Shown here: positions 1-11,694 of the stretch, piece after piece
How the letters are laid out: every line of letters begins with the position of its first letter
Position numbering within the stretch: position 1 is the first letter of the stretch
Source of the DNA: Acaryochloris marina S15
Lineage (GTDB): Bacteria > Cyanobacteriota > Cyanobacteriia > Thermosynechococcales > Thermosynechococcaceae
DNA: 24,000 bases
NCBI RefSeq assembly: GCF_018336915.1
Contig: NZ_CP064923.1
Coordinates: forward strand, 4,747,176-4,771,175
Direction of reading: 5' to 3'
The notes under the pieces: model-generated
The model's database searches: none
What the model was told of the DNA's origin: nothing
The model's input: the letters and a program-made list of their open reading frames with translations, nothing else
Made by a program: the position numbers and the translations under genes

Positions 1-337
1 TAGGCCAGCTGGGGTCCTCAGCGGAAACACTACCATTCTTTAGAGAGTCTGCCTGGGTTAACAGCGCTGATACGACATCTCCACTGCCTTTAGCGACACA
101 TTTTACATAAAAAGAACTGCCATCTTTTAGCGTGGGTCCCGTTTGGTTGAATCGCTTCATGCTTTGTTGGCAAAATTCCCCCATCGCACTGCCAACTAGA
201 AAGGTTACCTCCATGCCTTGATTGTTCGAAGAGGGGCTTGTGGTGCTATTGGGACCACCGGCACATGCCGTACTCAGCGCAACCAGTAATGCAGCCTGAC
301 AACGCAGCAGGGTTCTATGGGGCGATAATTTCACCAT
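1..337 (-). CDS. Putative lipoprotein with a solute-binding-like N-terminus (5' part only; the gene runs off the window start)
   Basis: Absent from the ORF track because it has no stop codon inside the window. Reverse complement from the ATG at 337 reads MVKLSPHRTLLRCQAALLVALSTACAGGPNSTTSPSSNNQGMEVTFLVGSAMGEFCQQSMKRFNQTGPTLKDGSSFYVKCVAKGSGDVVSALL... and stays open to position 2. It has a signal peptide ending in a lipobox-like STAC, followed by a Ser/Thr/Asn linker. The family guess comes only from memory of similar N-termini. Confidence 0.5.
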   Translation of the reverse strand, partial: MVKLSPHRTLLRCQAALLVALSTACAGGPNSTTSPSSNNQGMEVTFLVGSAMGEFCQQSMKRFNQTGPTLKDGSSFYVKCVAKGSGDVVSALLTQADSLKNGSVSAEDPSWP

Positions 338-513
338 TCCGGAATATCCAATCAATCAGCAAGAGAGGTAGGCGTCGCTCTCGGCTCTAGCATACCCGTT
401 TGTTGATCAAGACCAGCCCCTCGCCCCAGCCCAGAGCCTGCAGCGGGGAGAATATTCAAAGCCATCTTACTCTCTAGCTCCCGATTGGGTTGGGCTAGGA
501 TAGGCATAGTCTT

Positions 514-966
514 ATGGTGCTAGCCAAAGATGCTGACCGAGAAGATTCCAACATGGCAGAAAAGCAATCAAAAAGCCTAATTTTTGGGATAGTGTTCTTG
601 CTGTTTGGCATCTTGTTTGCTTTTCTCATCTATGTGCGACCCGATTTACTTCAGGTTCCAGCATGGGTTGCCTATGCCAGTGCTGGTGTGTTCTTGGTCT
701 CAGGATTGCTAGCATTTACCGTCAACCTCAACCGTCTTGATCTACAAAAGGGGCTGATACTGCTGCTCATAACACTGCTCTGCCTGCCCTTTGGATGGAT
801 AGCTTTTGGACCAGGGATAAGAGAATGCTCAGCTCATGGCCATGGGGGATGGACTCAGCAAAGTGGTTTAGCCTGCCGTATTCCTTTTGGAGTAGGCATC
901 CTATTTTTTTATATCACTTTCACTTGGGCAATAATTCGTGGCCAAGTGCCAAGCAAGGATACATAG
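514..966 (+). CDS. Hypothetical integral membrane protein (about 4 predicted TM helices)
   Basis: 150-aa ORF with alternating hydrophobic stretches (LIFGIVFLLFGILFAFLIYV, WVAYASAGVFLVSGLLAF, GLILLLITLLCLPFGWIAF, FGVGILFFYITFTWAII). I recognise no family motif. The start could instead be the ATG at 553 (MAEKQSK). Confidence 0.45.
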   Translation: MVLAKDADREDSNMAEKQSKSLIFGIVFLLFGILFAFLIYVRPDLLQVPAWVAYASAGVFLVSGLLAFTVNLNRLDLQKGLILLLITLLCLPFGWIAFGPGIRECSAHGHGGWTQQSGLACRIPFGVGILFFYITFTWAIIRGQVPSKDT

Positions 967-1103
967 AATAGACCTCTTGCATCATCGAGCTAACGATATG
1001 GTAGAGGGCTAATAATCCAAGCCAGATTGTGGCATAAATTGAATCCGTAATACCTCATGAAACAAAGCTAGAGGTTTACAGCTGTTTTTAGACTGTCATC
1101 CCT

Positions 1104-2438
1104 TTATTTCCATAACCGTTTCCACCAAGGCTCGGGTTTAGGATTTTGAAAGTCCATCTTCTGGCGAATATCCTGGATATTCCAGCCAGTCAACTTCGCT
1201 AGTGTTTGGGCTTCCTTCTCAAACCGAGCCGGGAGGGACCGCTTGTAGCGACGACCGGCCGGACAATCCGCCTCTTGCTTATAGGGGTGGCGCATCACGT
1301 ACCGCCCTTGAAAGAGTTGACGGTTGCTGGTTTCTTGGAACATCAAATCTTCGGGAAATTTATCACGGCTATAACGAACATGAAGCCGGGTGATAAATAC
1401 GCCCGTCGAACGAGGGGGCACCACAAAGTCCCCCTGAGGTCTTTCTGGCAGCCAGAAAACGCCTGCTTTACGCAATTCTTCTGGGTTTAACGGCGTTGCC
1501 GAACAGGGATCGCAACTACTCATATCCCACGCATATTCACGGAAGGCAACCCGCTTACCCGCTTTGGCATGGGCGGTCTCAAACATGGCGGTATAGAACT
1601 CACCAAACTCATCTTTCACAAATTCGGGAATCTCGCTATCCGTAGGAATATTGGCAGTGCGGTAGTTGACCAGCTCAGCCTGCCCCTTAGGAGAGAGCAA
1701 ATACACAATCAAGTCTTGCTCCGCCTTGGCATTAATCATGCCCAACCGAATCGGCAGCATAAACTTAGGAGAATCAAAAGCCATCTGCAAAGGCCGCAGC
1801 TTCTGAAACTCGGATTTTTCAAATTCCTCTAAGTTGACCTTGGCAACGAAGAATTTCATATTCTGGCGAATATAAGGCTTGAGGAGCGATCGGGCCCCAC
1901 GAGGGATTTTGTAGCCATTGCGATTGAGCCAGGTTTGGAGACCATTGGATTCTTTGGCACTGAGAATCACAATGTCATACTCGCCCACAGTGAACTGAGC
2001 TTCAATGGTGACCCCTAAATCAGCTTCAGCTAGAGATTCCTGAACAGGAGCTGAACTGGGGGCAGGTGAAAACACGCGATTAGACTTACGAAAAACCTGG
2101 CAGGGATTATCGTCAAAATATTCTACTAATCGGGGAGCGGAAAAATCATCCAGCCGTTGCAAGATGGTGGGATCACCCACATGCACTTGGTCTTCCTGCA
2201 GGAGCACAGGGACAGGCACCACCATGGCAAAGTCTTTAACGTCCCCTTTGAAGTCGTTGGCCATGGTCAGAACGGTGCGACTGCCATCTTTTGCGATCGC
2301 AACTTGAGACGCCTCGTTATACAAAGCCGTATCGGCTTTAGCGACATAAAATCCACAAAAGGCCAAAACATCGGGCGACAGGCTAGTCCACATCAGCACA
2401 GCCACCAGACAAGCACTAAGGAAACGTTTAATTTTCAT
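1104..2438 (-). CDS. Secreted DUF2330-like protein of unknown function
   Basis: 444-aa ORF with signal peptide MKIKRFLSACLVAVLMWTSLSPDVLA. The mature N-terminus FCGFYVAKADTALYNEASQVAIAKDGSRTVLTMANDFKGDVKDFAMVVPVPV matches my recollection of the DUF2330 N-terminal signature. The antisense ORFs at 1202-2477 are short and look composition-driven. Confidence 0.65.
   Translation of the reverse strand: MKIKRFLSACLVAVLMWTSLSPDVLAFCGFYVAKADTALYNEASQVAIAKDGSRTVLTMANDFKGDVKDFAMVVPVPVLLQEDQVHVGDPTILQRLDDFSAPRLVEYFDDNPCQVFRKSNRVFSPAPSSAPVQESLAEADLGVTIEAQFTVGEYDIVILSAKESNGLQTWLNRNGYKIPRGARSLLKPYIRQNMKFFVAKVNLEEFEKSEFQKLRPLQMAFDSPKFMLPIRLGMINAKAEQDLIVYLLSPKGQAELVNYRTANIPTDSEIPEFVKDEFGEFYTAMFETAHAKAGKRVAFREYAWDMSSCDPCSATPLNPEELRKAGVFWLPERPQGDFVVPPRSTGVFITRLHVRYSRDKFPEDLMFQETSNRQLFQGRYVMRHPYKQEADCPAGRRYKRSLPARFEKEAQTLAKLTGWNIQDIRQKMDFQNPKPEPWWKRLWK
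2293..2300. repeat. HIP1 octamer GCGATCGC
   Basis: Exact palindrome read in the sequence (ttGCGATCGCaa). Confidence 0.9.
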
Positions 2439-2620
2439 GATCCCAAGAAACCGTCACTGAATTTCGGTCTATGCTAGCTCAACCTTTTCAGCCCACTATC
2501 TATCGTTACAAGAATTGCAACACTCAAAAGACAGAATAGGCCAGCGTAAGACTACGCCTCCATCAGCTTCAGGCACTATGAACATTCCTTGAGATACCGA
2601 TACCCCTGAAGAGCTGCTCC

Positions 2621-5299
2621 CTAAGATTTTGTCGTTTTCTTAGCAGTGGTCTTTTTGGCAGCAGTTTTTTTAGTAGTTGTCTTCTTCGCAGTGGTCTTCT
2701 TAGTCGTTTTCTTTTTGGTGGTTGATTTGGCACGACTTGTCTTTTTCTTGCCTTTAGTCGAGGCTTTCTCTTCCAATAACGGCAAAGCCATTGCCAACGT
2801 CATATCCTCGACTTTTTTACCTTCGGGTATCGAGACATTCGTCTTATTGTGCTTGATATAAGGGCCATAGGGGCCATCATAAATATTGACTGGCGCTTCA
2901 TCTTCAGGGTGATTGCCCAGTTCTTTCAAGGCTTTTTTCGTGCCTCGTCGTCCCCGAGTCCCTTTCGGCATTGCCAACAGTTCCAAGGCTCGCTCAAAAG
3001 AAATGGTAAACAGATCATCTTCTTTCTTTAAGGATCGATAATCTTTGCCTTCTTTGCCTTGGTCATGGACCACATAGGGGCCAAACCGGCCTAAACCCAC
3101 CTGGACTTTGCAATCGGTATCAGGATGCTGTCCCAGTAACCGCGGCAAGGACAACAGCTCCACCGCCATTTCTAAGGTCACCGATTCCATCGCCACGCCT
3201 TTGGGGAGTGAGGCTCGTTTGGGCTTTTTATTTTCCTCAGTGACATCCCCCAGCTGCACATAGGGGCCATAGGCACCGAGCATAATATAGATGGGGTCTC
3301 CTTTCTCTGGATGAGAACCCAATTGTTGTGGACCTTCCAGCTTTTGTTTGAGGAGCTGCTCAATTTGTTCTGGGGTCAAATCCGCCGGCGTCATATCTTT
3401 GGGCAAAGACGCCTTTACTGGTTTTTCTTCATGCTCCGTCTCAATATAGGGACCAAAGCGGCCAATCCGCACCTTGGCCTCTAGATTGTCGAGGTCAATC
3501 GTACGAGCTTCACCGGGATCAATCTGGTCTTGCCGATTTTTGACTTGGGTTTCCAGGCCTTCATCACCCAAATAAAAATCGCTCAGATACGGCAGCCACT
3601 CCACCTCACCCGTTGAGATGCCATCCAATCTCCGCTCCATGCGCGCTGTAAAGCTGAGATCCACTAAGTCCGGGAAATGCTGCTCTAACAAAGCGGTAAC
3701 CGCAAAGGCGGTAAAGGTAGGCACCAAAGCATTTGCCTGGCGCTGGGCATAGCCCCGGTCAATAATCGTGCCGATAACACTGGCATAGGTACTAGGACGA
3801 CCAATCCCTTCTTTTTCCAGCGTTTTAACCAGAGATGCTTCTGTAAAGCGAGCAGGAGGCTGGGTCTCATGGCCAATGGGCGACAGCTCCGTGCATTCAG
3901 GCGTATCCCCTTGCTTCAGGGAAGGCAACAGCACCTCTTGATCATCTAGTGCCGCATCTGGATCGTCAGACCCTTCCACATAAGCGCGGAAAAATCCAGG
4001 AAAATCGATTCGTTTACCCGTAGACCGGAACCCAGCATCTTCGACTTCTAGATGAACCGTGATGTGGGTTTGACGCGCTTCGGCCATTTGGGTGGCCACA
4101 GTACGTTTCCAAATCAGTTCATACAGCTTACTCTCTGCGCCTTGAAGGCCCGTTTCTTTGGGAGTACGGAAGGTTTGTCCGGCGGGACGAATGGCTTCGT
4201 GAGCCTCCTGGGCCCCCTTGCTTTTTGTTTTATATTGTCTGGGTTCAGGGCTAAGGTAGTTTTTACCATAGAGGTCTTCCACACAGCCACGAGCGGCGGC
4301 AATGGCCTGTTGCGACAGATTCACCGAATCCGTTCGCATATAGGTAATAAATCCTTTTTCATAGAGGCTCTGGGCCACTCGCATGGTTTCCCGTGCCGAC
4401 AGCCTTAGCTTTCGGTTGGCCTCCTGCTGCAACGTCGAGGTGATAAAGGGGGGCGCTGGTTTACGGGTGGAAGGGCGCTCATCTACACCGGCCACAGTCC
4501 AAGTCTTATCGGCAAGGCGCGTTTGTAAGGCCAAGGTCTCAGCCTCATTGAGCAGGACCACATCCCGACCCGCAACGATTTGCCCAGTGTTCTCGTCAAA
4601 ATCATTGCCCGTCGCTAACCGCTTGCCGGCTAGAGTCACCAAACGAGATTCAAAGGCCGATTTATCTTTGCTAAGAGCTGCTTTTAAGTCCCAATAGCTA
4701 CCTTGGCGGAAGGCGCGCCGCTCTCGCTCACGGGTCACTAGCAGCCGCACCGCCACAGACTGCACTCGCCCAGCTGACAAGCTAGGAGCAATTTTCTTCC
4801 ATAACAAGGGAGATAAGGTATATCCCACCAATCGATCTAAAATACGGCGGGTTTCCTGAGCACGAACCAACCGCTGATCCACATCGCGACAATTGGTTAA
4901 GGCTGCTTTAATCGCTTCATCAGTAATTTCGTGAAAAACCATCCGCTTCGTCGGCACCTTGGGCTTCAGAAGCTGCAGCAAGTGCCAGCTAATACTTTCT
5001 CCTTCCCGGTCTTCGTCAGTGGCTAGCACTAACTCATCAGAATTTTTGAGGGCTTCTTTCAGCTCTTTGACAATTTTTTTCTTATCTTTAGGGACAACAT
5101 ATAGGGGTTCAAACTCTGCCTGAACGTTGACCCCTAAGCTGGACCATTTCTCACCTTTAACCGCTGCAGGAATTTCCGATGCAGTCCGCGGTAGATCACG
5201 AACATGCCCCATCGATGCTTCAACCCGGTATCCCGAAGGCAGATAATTGCGGATCGTTTTCGCCTTCGTAGGAGATTCAACAATAACCAGTGTGGACAT
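2621..5299 (-). CDS. topA: DNA topoisomerase I (type IA)
   Basis: Toprim start [20 protein letters not shown], acidic cluster [12 protein letters not shown], and active-site Tyr region [10 protein letters not shown]. The C-terminus has four GxxGPY repeats and a Lys/Thr-rich tail. The track ORF starts at a TTG at 5377; I prefer the ATG at 5299 because the family normally begins at the MSxLVIVESP motif. Confidence 0.95.
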   Translation of the reverse strand: MSTLVIVESPTKAKTIRNYLPSGYRVEASMGHVRDLPRTASEIPAAVKGEKWSSLGVNVQAEFEPLYVVPKDKKKIVKELKEALKNSDELVLATDEDREGESISWHLLQLLKPKVPTKRMVFHEITDEAIKAALTNCRDVDQRLVRAQETRRILDRLVGYTLSPLLWKKIAPSLSAGRVQSVAVRLLVTRERERRAFRQGSYWDLKAALSKDKSAFESRLVTLAGKRLATGNDFDENTGQIVAGRDVVLLNEAETLALQTRLADKTWTVAGVDERPSTRKPAPPFITSTLQQEANRKLRLSARETMRVAQSLYEKGFITYMRTDSVNLSQQAIAAARGCVEDLYGKNYLSPEPRQYKTKSKGAQEAHEAIRPAGQTFRTPKETGLQGAESKLYELIWKRTVATQMAEARQTHITVHLEVEDAGFRSTGKRIDFPGFFRAYVEGSDDPDAALDDQEVLLPSLKQGDTPECTELSPIGHETQPPARFTEASLVKTLEKEGIGRPSTYASVIGTIIDRGYAQRQANALVPTFTAFAVTALLEQHFPDLVDLSFTARMERRLDGISTGEVEWLPYLSDFYLGDEGLETQVKNRQDQIDPGEARTIDLDNLEAKVRIGRFGPYIETEHEEKPVKASLPKDMTPADLTPEQIEQLLKQKLEGPQQLGSHPEKGDPIYIMLGAYGPYVQLGDVTEENKKPKRASLPKGVAMESVTLEMAVELLSLPRLLGQHPDTDCKVQVGLGRFGPYVVHDQGKEGKDYRSLKKEDDLFTISFERALELLAMPKGTRGRRGTKKALKELGNHPEDEAPVNIYDGPYGPYIKHNKTNVSIPEGKKVEDMTLAMALPLLEEKASTKGKKKTSRAKSTTKKKTTKKTTAKKTTTKKTAAKKTTAKKTTKS

Positions 5300-5699
5300 A
5301 GTCTCAATGGGGAATGTGTGATGGACAAAAGATAAGCTGCCTTTGCCAATCCCAACCGAATTCATGCGGACAGACAAAGGAAGAACTAAATTCTTGCTTA
5401 TGAAGGGCTGAGTTGCGATATGAACCTACCCTAACCTTAATCAGACGATTCAGTGGGTAGCTCAATGAACCCCTTCAAATTTTTTATAGCAAATGTTGCG
5501 AGTGTACCCTAAGTTTTTTGTCACTTGATCAACTAGTAGCTCCTCAAGTCTAGCCCGCTTCTCCCGGCAGAACGTCCCTTAACTTGGTATCTTGGTTGTT
5601 GGCGCTTGCGCGTTAAAATTCTCAACATAATCCTTGCCATTAAATTTCACTATTTGATGACTGGGCTTATGTCGCCAAAGATATTACCAATCTTGACTA

Positions 5700-7268
5700 A
5701 TGGACGTTGCCAATCTCGCTAGCCAGCTAAATGCCACCACCATCTTGCCTGAAGGCGTTTTGGTGATCTCGTTGATTCTTGTTCTCCTTGGAGATATTAC
5801 CTTTGGTCGTTCATCGGCAAAATGGACCCCATACCTTGCGATCGCAAGTTTGGTAGCCTGCCTCTATCTGCTATATACCCAGTGGGATCAAGCTAATCCC
5901 ATCGGTTTTTTGGGTAGTTTTCATGCCGATAACCTCAGCATTGTTTTTAGAGCCATCATTGCCCTGTCGACCCTAGTCACCATCTTGATGTCGGTGCGCT
6001 ATATCGAACAAGCGGGCAGCTCTATTGGCGAATTTATGACGATCCTGATGACCGCCACAGTCGGCGCCATGTTCCTCTGCGGCGCAGAAGAACTCGTCAT
6101 GATTTTCATCTCTTTGGAAACCTTGAGTATCGCCTCCTACCTGATGACAGGCTACATGAAGCGCGATGCTCGCTCCAATGAAGCTGCCCTGAAATATTTG
6201 CTAATTGGTGCATCGAGTTCGGCGGTGTTCTTATACGGTTTATCCCTGCTCTACGGACTTTCCGGGGGCAAAACCCATTTGGATGACATCGCCCTGGCCC
6301 TAGCCGATACGTCAAAATCCTTGGCTTTAGTCATTTCCCTAGTGTTTGTGATTGCCAGTGTTAGCTTCAAAATCGCGGCAGTGCCTTTCCACCAATGGAC
6401 ACCCGATGTATATGAAGGCTCTCCCACACCAGTGGTTGCCTTCCTCTCCGTAGGGTCCAAAGCAGCTGGATTTGCCTTGGCTATTCGTCTGTTAACGCAA
6501 GCCTTCCCCAACTTAGTGGAGCAGTGGCAATTTATCTTCACTGCCTTGGCCATTTTGAGCATGGTGCTCGGCAATGTGGTCGCCATTGCTCAAACCAGTA
6601 TGAAGCGGATGCTCGCCTATTCCTCCATTGGCCAAGCAGGCTTTGTCATGATTGGCCTTGTGCTTGGTACGGAAGCAGGTTATGCCAGCATGGTCTTCTA
6701 CCTGCTGATTTACCTGTTTATGAACTTGGGTGCGTTTACCTGCGTGATTCTGTTCTCTCTCCGCACTGGAACAGATGAAATTGGTGATTATGCTGGACTC
6801 TATCTCAAAGATCCCCTTTTAACTCTAGCCTTGAGCCTCTGCTTGCTCTCCTTAGGAGGGATACCGCCTCTTGCGGGCTTCTTTGGCAAGCTGTACCTCT
6901 TCTGGGCCGGTTGGCAGGCTGGGGCCTATGGCCTAGTCATTCTGGGCCTAATTACCAGCGTGGTCTCGATCTACTACTACATTCGAGTGATCAAGATGAT
7001 GGTGGTCAAAGAGCCCCAAGACATGTCTGAGGTGATCAAGAACTATCCCAGCATTGTTTGGAAACCCTTGGGTATGCGCCCCTTACAAATCGGCTTGGTC
7101 CTCACGCTGATTGCTACCTCTTTGGCTGGAGTCCTTTCCAACCCATTGCTAACGATTGTGAATAGCTCGGTTGCGGATGTTCCTCGCTTTAAACAAGCAG
7201 CAATCCCCACAACTATCGATGTTGCTGCCATTCATCCCGATACGCCTACGATTGCACCTGAGCTATAA
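5700..7268 (+). CDS. ndhB: NAD(P)H-quinone oxidoreductase (NDH-1) subunit 2
   Basis: 522-aa polytopic ORF. N-terminus [22 protein letters not shown]. Conserved NuoN/NdhB motifs are present: [33 protein letters not shown] and [22 protein letters not shown]. Confidence 0.95.
   Translation: MDVANLASQLNATTILPEGVLVISLILVLLGDITFGRSSAKWTPYLAIASLVACLYLLYTQWDQANPIGFLGSFHADNLSIVFRAIIALSTLVTILMSVRYIEQAGSSIGEFMTILMTATVGAMFLCGAEELVMIFISLETLSIASYLMTGYMKRDARSNEAALKYLLIGASSSAVFLYGLSLLYGLSGGKTHLDDIALALADTSKSLALVISLVFVIASVSFKIAAVPFHQWTPDVYEGSPTPVVAFLSVGSKAAGFALAIRLLTQAFPNLVEQWQFIFTALAILSMVLGNVVAIAQTSMKRMLAYSSIGQAGFVMIGLVLGTEAGYASMVFYLLIYLFMNLGAFTCVILFSLRTGTDEIGDYAGLYLKDPLLTLALSLCLLSLGGIPPLAGFFGKLYLFWAGWQAGAYGLVILGLITSVVSIYYYIRVIKMMVVKEPQDMSEVIKNYPSIVWKPLGMRPLQIGLVLTLIATSLAGVLSNPLLTIVNSSVADVPRFKQAAIPTTIDVAAIHPDTPTIAPEL
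5838..5845. repeat. HIP1 octamer GCGATCGC
   Basis: Exact palindrome read in the sequence (ttGCGATCGCaa). Confidence 0.9.
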
Positions 7269-7399
7269 ACGGAACAGTAGGCCAAATAGGCAAGAGATCT
7301 GAGAGAAACTAGGGCGACTTCCAAAAGCAAGCAACCCTGACTTTGACAAAAGGATATCTCTTCTAGAAACAGCTTAAGGCCAGGCTTGAGCTCTAACAG

Positions 7400-7431
7400 A
7401 AAAAGAGCCTCCCCTATGGGAGGCTCTTTTT
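7400..7431. terminator. Bidirectional rho-independent terminator between convergent ndhB and petH
   Basis: Perfect 14-bp arms AAAAAGAGCCTCCC (7400-7413) and GGGAGGCTCTTTTT (7418-7431) around the loop CTAT. The A-run on the left and T-run on the right give a U-tail in either direction. Confidence 0.75.
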
Positions 7432-7465
7432 GTATGGCTTATTGAATAATGGCGTTGTAATGGAT

Positions 7466-8536
<1,071 letters not shown>

Positions 8537-8879
8537 CTAACCTATCGTAATATTTTGCAATAAGATGTCTATGATTTCAAAGGAGTGTATTTTACACTTC
8601 TTAGGGTTTGGGTTTCAATTTGGCAAATCGTTCCGTATCCCAGGGAACAGCGCAATTGTATAACGGTCATAGACAATAGACCACGGCTTTAAACAAATCA
8701 GACTGATGGCAAAAGCCGATGAAGCCATTTGCAAAACGGATGAACTCAATCATTTCGGTCTGTAACGGAAAAGTTAAGGTGTGTTTCAACTTACCCTTAA
8801 GAACTTCTGTAGATAGGGTTTGGTCAAGATCTCCGTGATACGATTCGCTACGTAGCCGTTAAAAGTTTGGAGGATCGCC

Positions 8880-10100
8880 TTGACACTACGGGTAGCAGTT
8901 GTTGGGTCAGGGCCAGCCGGGTCATCAGCAGCAGAAACGCTGGTAAAGGCTGGTATTGAGACCTATTTGTTTGAGCGTAAATTAGATAACGCAAAGCCTT
9001 GTGGTGGTGCGATTCCGCTGTGCATGGTGGATGAATTTGATCTCCCCCTTGAGATTATTGACCGACAGGTTAGAAAGATGAGAATGATCTCTCCTTCTAA
9101 CATTGAGGTGGATATCAATATCAAAAACGAGGGTGAGTATATCGGCATGTGCCGTCGAGAAGTACTTGACGGATTTATGCGCGATCGCGCCGCTAAATTA
9201 GGTGCGAAGTTGATCAACGGCACTGTCAATAAGCTAGATTTCCCCACTGGGGCCAATCAGCCTTACACGATTCACTATGCCGACTTAACTGGTGGTCGGA
9301 CTGAAGGGGTAATGAAAACCCTTCAAGTCGATTTGGTCATTGGTGCTGATGGCGCCAACTCCAGAATTGCTAAAGAGATTAAAGCAGGCGACTACAACTA
9401 TGCGATCGCATTTCAGGAGCGCATCCGCCTTCCTGATGAGTACATGGAGTACTACCAAGATCGTGCCGAGATGTATGTCGGTGATGATGTCTCTACGGAC
9501 TTCTATGCCTGGGTATTCCCCAAGTACGATCACGTCGCCGTTGGCACTGGCACCATGAAGGTCAACCAAGCCGACATCAAGAAGCTGCAAGCGGGTATTC
9601 GTGCTCGTGCTGCCCATCGCCTCGTCGGTGGTGAAATCATCAAAGTGGAAGCTCACCCCATTCCCGAGCATCCTCGTCCTCGCCGGGTCGTCGGTCGGGT
9701 TGCCCTAGTCGGTGACGCTGCCGGTACAGTAACCAAGTCTTCTGGTGAAGGTATTTACTTTGCCGCCAAGTCTGCGCGGATGTGTGCAGAAACCATCGTT
9801 GAGTTTTCTAACAATGGTGAACGCATTCCCTCGGAAGAAGACCTCAAGGTCTATCTGAAGCGTTGGGACAAAGCTTACGGCATGACCTACAAGGTCTTGG
9901 ACATTTTGCAGCGCGTGTTCTACCGCTCTGATGCCACTCGGGAAGCCTTTGTGGAAATGTGTGCGGATGAAGATGTACAGCAAATGACTTTCGATAGTTA
10001 TTTGTATAAGACTGTGGTTCCCATGAATCCGCTGAAGCAGATCAAGATTACCGCTAAGACTTTAGGTAGCTTGATTCGGGGTAATGCTCTAGCTCCCTAA
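8880..10100 (+). CDS. chlP: Geranylgeranyl diphosphate / geranylgeranyl-chlorophyll reductase
   Basis: 406-aa ORF. FAD Rossmann motif RVAVVGSGPAGSSAAE, then LFERKLDNAKPCGGAIPLCMVDEF and GDAAGTVTKSSGEGIYFA, typical of ChlP/BchP. TTG start at 8880, with GGAGGA (8869-8874) 5 nt upstream. Confidence 0.92.
   Translation: MTLRVAVVGSGPAGSSAAETLVKAGIETYLFERKLDNAKPCGGAIPLCMVDEFDLPLEIIDRQVRKMRMISPSNIEVDINIKNEGEYIGMCRREVLDGFMRDRAAKLGAKLINGTVNKLDFPTGANQPYTIHYADLTGGRTEGVMKTLQVDLVIGADGANSRIAKEIKAGDYNYAIAFQERIRLPDEYMEYYQDRAEMYVGDDVSTDFYAWVFPKYDHVAVGTGTMKVNQADIKKLQAGIRARAAHRLVGGEIIKVEAHPIPEHPRPRRVVGRVALVGDAAGTVTKSSGEGIYFAAKSARMCAETIVEFSNNGERIPSEEDLKVYLKRWDKAYGMTYKVLDILQRVFYRSDATREAFVEMCADEDVQQMTFDSYLYKTVVPMNPLKQIKITAKTLGSLIRGNALAP
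9181..9188. repeat. HIP1 octamer GCGATCGC
   Basis: Exact palindrome read in the sequence. Confidence 0.9.
9402..9409. repeat. HIP1 octamer GCGATCGC
   Basis: Exact palindrome read in the sequence. Confidence 0.9.
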
Positions 10101-10127
10101 GTCCAGGGCTTGAGCACGTCTAAATTC

Positions 10128-10174
10128 AAAAACTCAAGCCCTTTAGATTTCATATCTAAAGGGCTTGAGTTTTT
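10128..10174. terminator. Bidirectional rho-independent terminator between chlP and the convergent small secreted-protein gene
   Basis: Perfect 20-bp arms AAAAACTCAAGCCCTTTAGA (10128-10147) and TCTAAAGGGCTTGAGTTTTT (10155-10174) with the loop TTTCATA. The A and T runs serve both directions. Confidence 0.8.
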
Positions 10175-10212
10175 GAAAAACGCTGACCGAAATTTTGTTC
10201 AAAGACTATTTT

Positions 10213-10527
10213 TTAGGGATTTAAAACTTTCACTTGAATCCCTCGATGATCTTCATTCTCAGGAATATCGCCTGGTTTATCCGGTCCCGGCGTCAGCTCC
10301 ACTTGCGGAGGGATGCCAATGCTAATTTCTTGGGGTTCGGGTAACTGCTTAGGCTGAGGTTGCCAAGACCGTATTCCCACTTCTTGAACCCCAAGAGTTT
10401 TAGCATCGCCAGTCTTTGAGGAAGCCGATGGCCGATTTTGCCCTCTTTGTTGAGCCATGGCATTTTCTCCCCCCATGCTCAACACCACCATCAATAGGGT
10501 TGTACAAACGAACGTTAATCTAAACAT
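10213..10527 (-). CDS. Small secreted hypothetical protein
   Basis: 104-aa ORF with signal peptide MFRLTFVCTTLLMVVLSMGGENAMA followed by a Gln/Pro-rich mature part. It sits between the bidirectional terminator and a divergent promoter region. No family recognised. Confidence 0.45.
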   Translation of the reverse strand: MFRLTFVCTTLLMVVLSMGGENAMAQQRGQNRPSASSKTGDAKTLGVQEVGIRSWQPQPKQLPEPQEISIGIPPQVELTPGPDKPGDIPENEDHRGIQVKVLNP

Positions 10528-10819
10528 CGTTTTAGCTCTCTTTGTAATTAATAACCTAGCTAAACGGGGATAGCATTGAATTTCACAAGTTGAGTGAGCT
10601 GATTTACCCGTCTAAATTGACACATGGATCGGATTTTCCTCAGATATCTCCATTTTAGTGAATAGGTTCTTCACTTTTTTTGCCTAAAGTAACCAAATTC
10701 AAGACTTAAAATTTTCTTTAGATCTCCATTGTCTACAGGTGCAAGTCAGGATACCTCTCCCTGAAACCGATCGAAGACCCTTTATTCTGGGAAAGAAGAC
10801 ACAAAGGAGCCATAAGGCG

Positions 10820-11599
10820 ATGGCTGTGACCATTGATCAGCTACGGAAATGGAAAGAACAGGGACGTCCCATCTCAGTCCTTACAGCCTGGGACTTTCCC
10901 TTCGCAACTTTATTAGACCAAGCAGGAGTCGATGTCCTACTAGTAGGAGACTCTTTGGCCATGGTTGCCTTAGGGTATTCCACCACCCTACCTCTGACCT
11001 TGGAAGAAATGCTCTACCACGCCCAAGCTGTCACCAGAGGGGTCAACCATGCCCTAGTGATTTGTGATCTGCCCTTTCTGAGTTATCAAGAAAGCCCTCA
11101 ACAGGCCCTGAGAAGCGCTGGAACCCTATTGCAACAGGCAGGAGTAGCTGCCGTCAAACTAGAGGGAGGGTATCCAGACATGGCAGCAACCGTTCACTAT
11201 TTGGTGGAGCGAGGGATTCCGGTGATGGGACATGTGGGCTTAACTCCCCAGTCTGTCCATCAGTTCAGCGGCTATCGACGCCAAGGAACCTCTGATGCAG
11301 ACGCAGACCGTATTTTACAAGAAGCCATTGCCCTGGAAGCAGCAGGCGCTTTTGCGATTGTTCTGGAGCATATTCCTGCCCCCCTAGCCGCGAAAATCAC
11401 CCAAACGTTAGCCATCCCCACCATTGGCATTGGCGCTGGTGCAGGATGTGATGGCCAAGTGCTGGTTACAGCCGATATGTTGGGCTTATCTGCATGGCAA
11501 CCTCCCTTTGCCAAAGCCTATACCAATCTGCAGGAATCGATTACTGGAGCAGTGAAGCAATTTTGTGATGATGTTCGTAATCATCAATTTCCCCAATAG
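10820..11599 (+). CDS. panB: 3-methyl-2-oxobutanoate hydroxymethyltransferase (pantothenate biosynthesis)
   Basis: Motifs [35 protein letters not shown] and [10 protein letters not shown] prefer the ATG at 10820, which has AAGGAG (10804-10809) upstream, over the track's GTG at 10739. Confidence 0.9.
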   Translation: MAVTIDQLRKWKEQGRPISVLTAWDFPFATLLDQAGVDVLLVGDSLAMVALGYSTTLPLTLEEMLYHAQAVTRGVNHALVICDLPFLSYQESPQQALRSAGTLLQQAGVAAVKLEGGYPDMAATVHYLVERGIPVMGHVGLTPQSVHQFSGYRRQGTSDADADRILQEAIALEAAGAFAIVLEHIPAPLAAKITQTLAIPTIGIGAGAGCDGQVLVTADMLGLSAWQPPFAKAYTNLQESITGAVKQFCDDVRNHQFPQ

Positions 11600-11694
11600 T
11601 GCCTATTCCAAATCCAGCCACCCCGCTGAAACCGAATAGAAAGCGATAAGGTAATAAGGTAAAGATGTGGCCTAGCTGGGAAAGGAAGGGATGA

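Noticed and set aside
1202-2477. Antisense ORFs inside the DUF2330 gene. The same applies to the ORFs inside topA (3178-5355), ndhB (6106-7231), petH (8272-8472), chlP (8963-9983), panB/hisH (10849-11941), the M61 gene (18081-19239) and the Hsp70-like gene (21232-21532).
   Set aside because: All are short, nested within long ORFs that carry strong family motifs, and lack recognisable motifs or ribosome-binding sites.
2646-2861. 71-aa plus-strand ORF that looks like a very hydrophobic membrane peptide ([23 protein letters not shown]...)
   Set aside because: It is the mirror image of the AAG/ACx-rich Lys/Thr tail of topA, because antisense of K/T codons gives F/L/V codons. It is a composition artefact.
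5300-5377. N-terminal extensions offered by the ORF track for topA (TTG at 5377), panB (GTG at 10739) and the glycine-zipper ORF (12296)
   Set aside because: The extensions begin at non-ATG or overlapping positions and add non-conserved residues ahead of canonical family N-termini. The internal ATGs at 5299, 10820 and 12347 fit the family starts. The last two also have better ribosome-binding sites or spacing.
8658-8671. NtcA-like site in the petH/chlP divergent promoter region (GTATAACGGTCATA)
   Set aside because: It reads GTA-N8-ATA, so only the first half-site matches the GTA-N8-TAC consensus. I could not pair it with a convincing -10 box at the right distance.
10110-10325. 71-aa plus-strand ORF after chlP
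   Set aside because: It starts inside and reads through the perfect 20-bp bidirectional terminator hairpin (10128-10174). It is also antisense to the signal-peptide-bearing ORF at 10213-10527.
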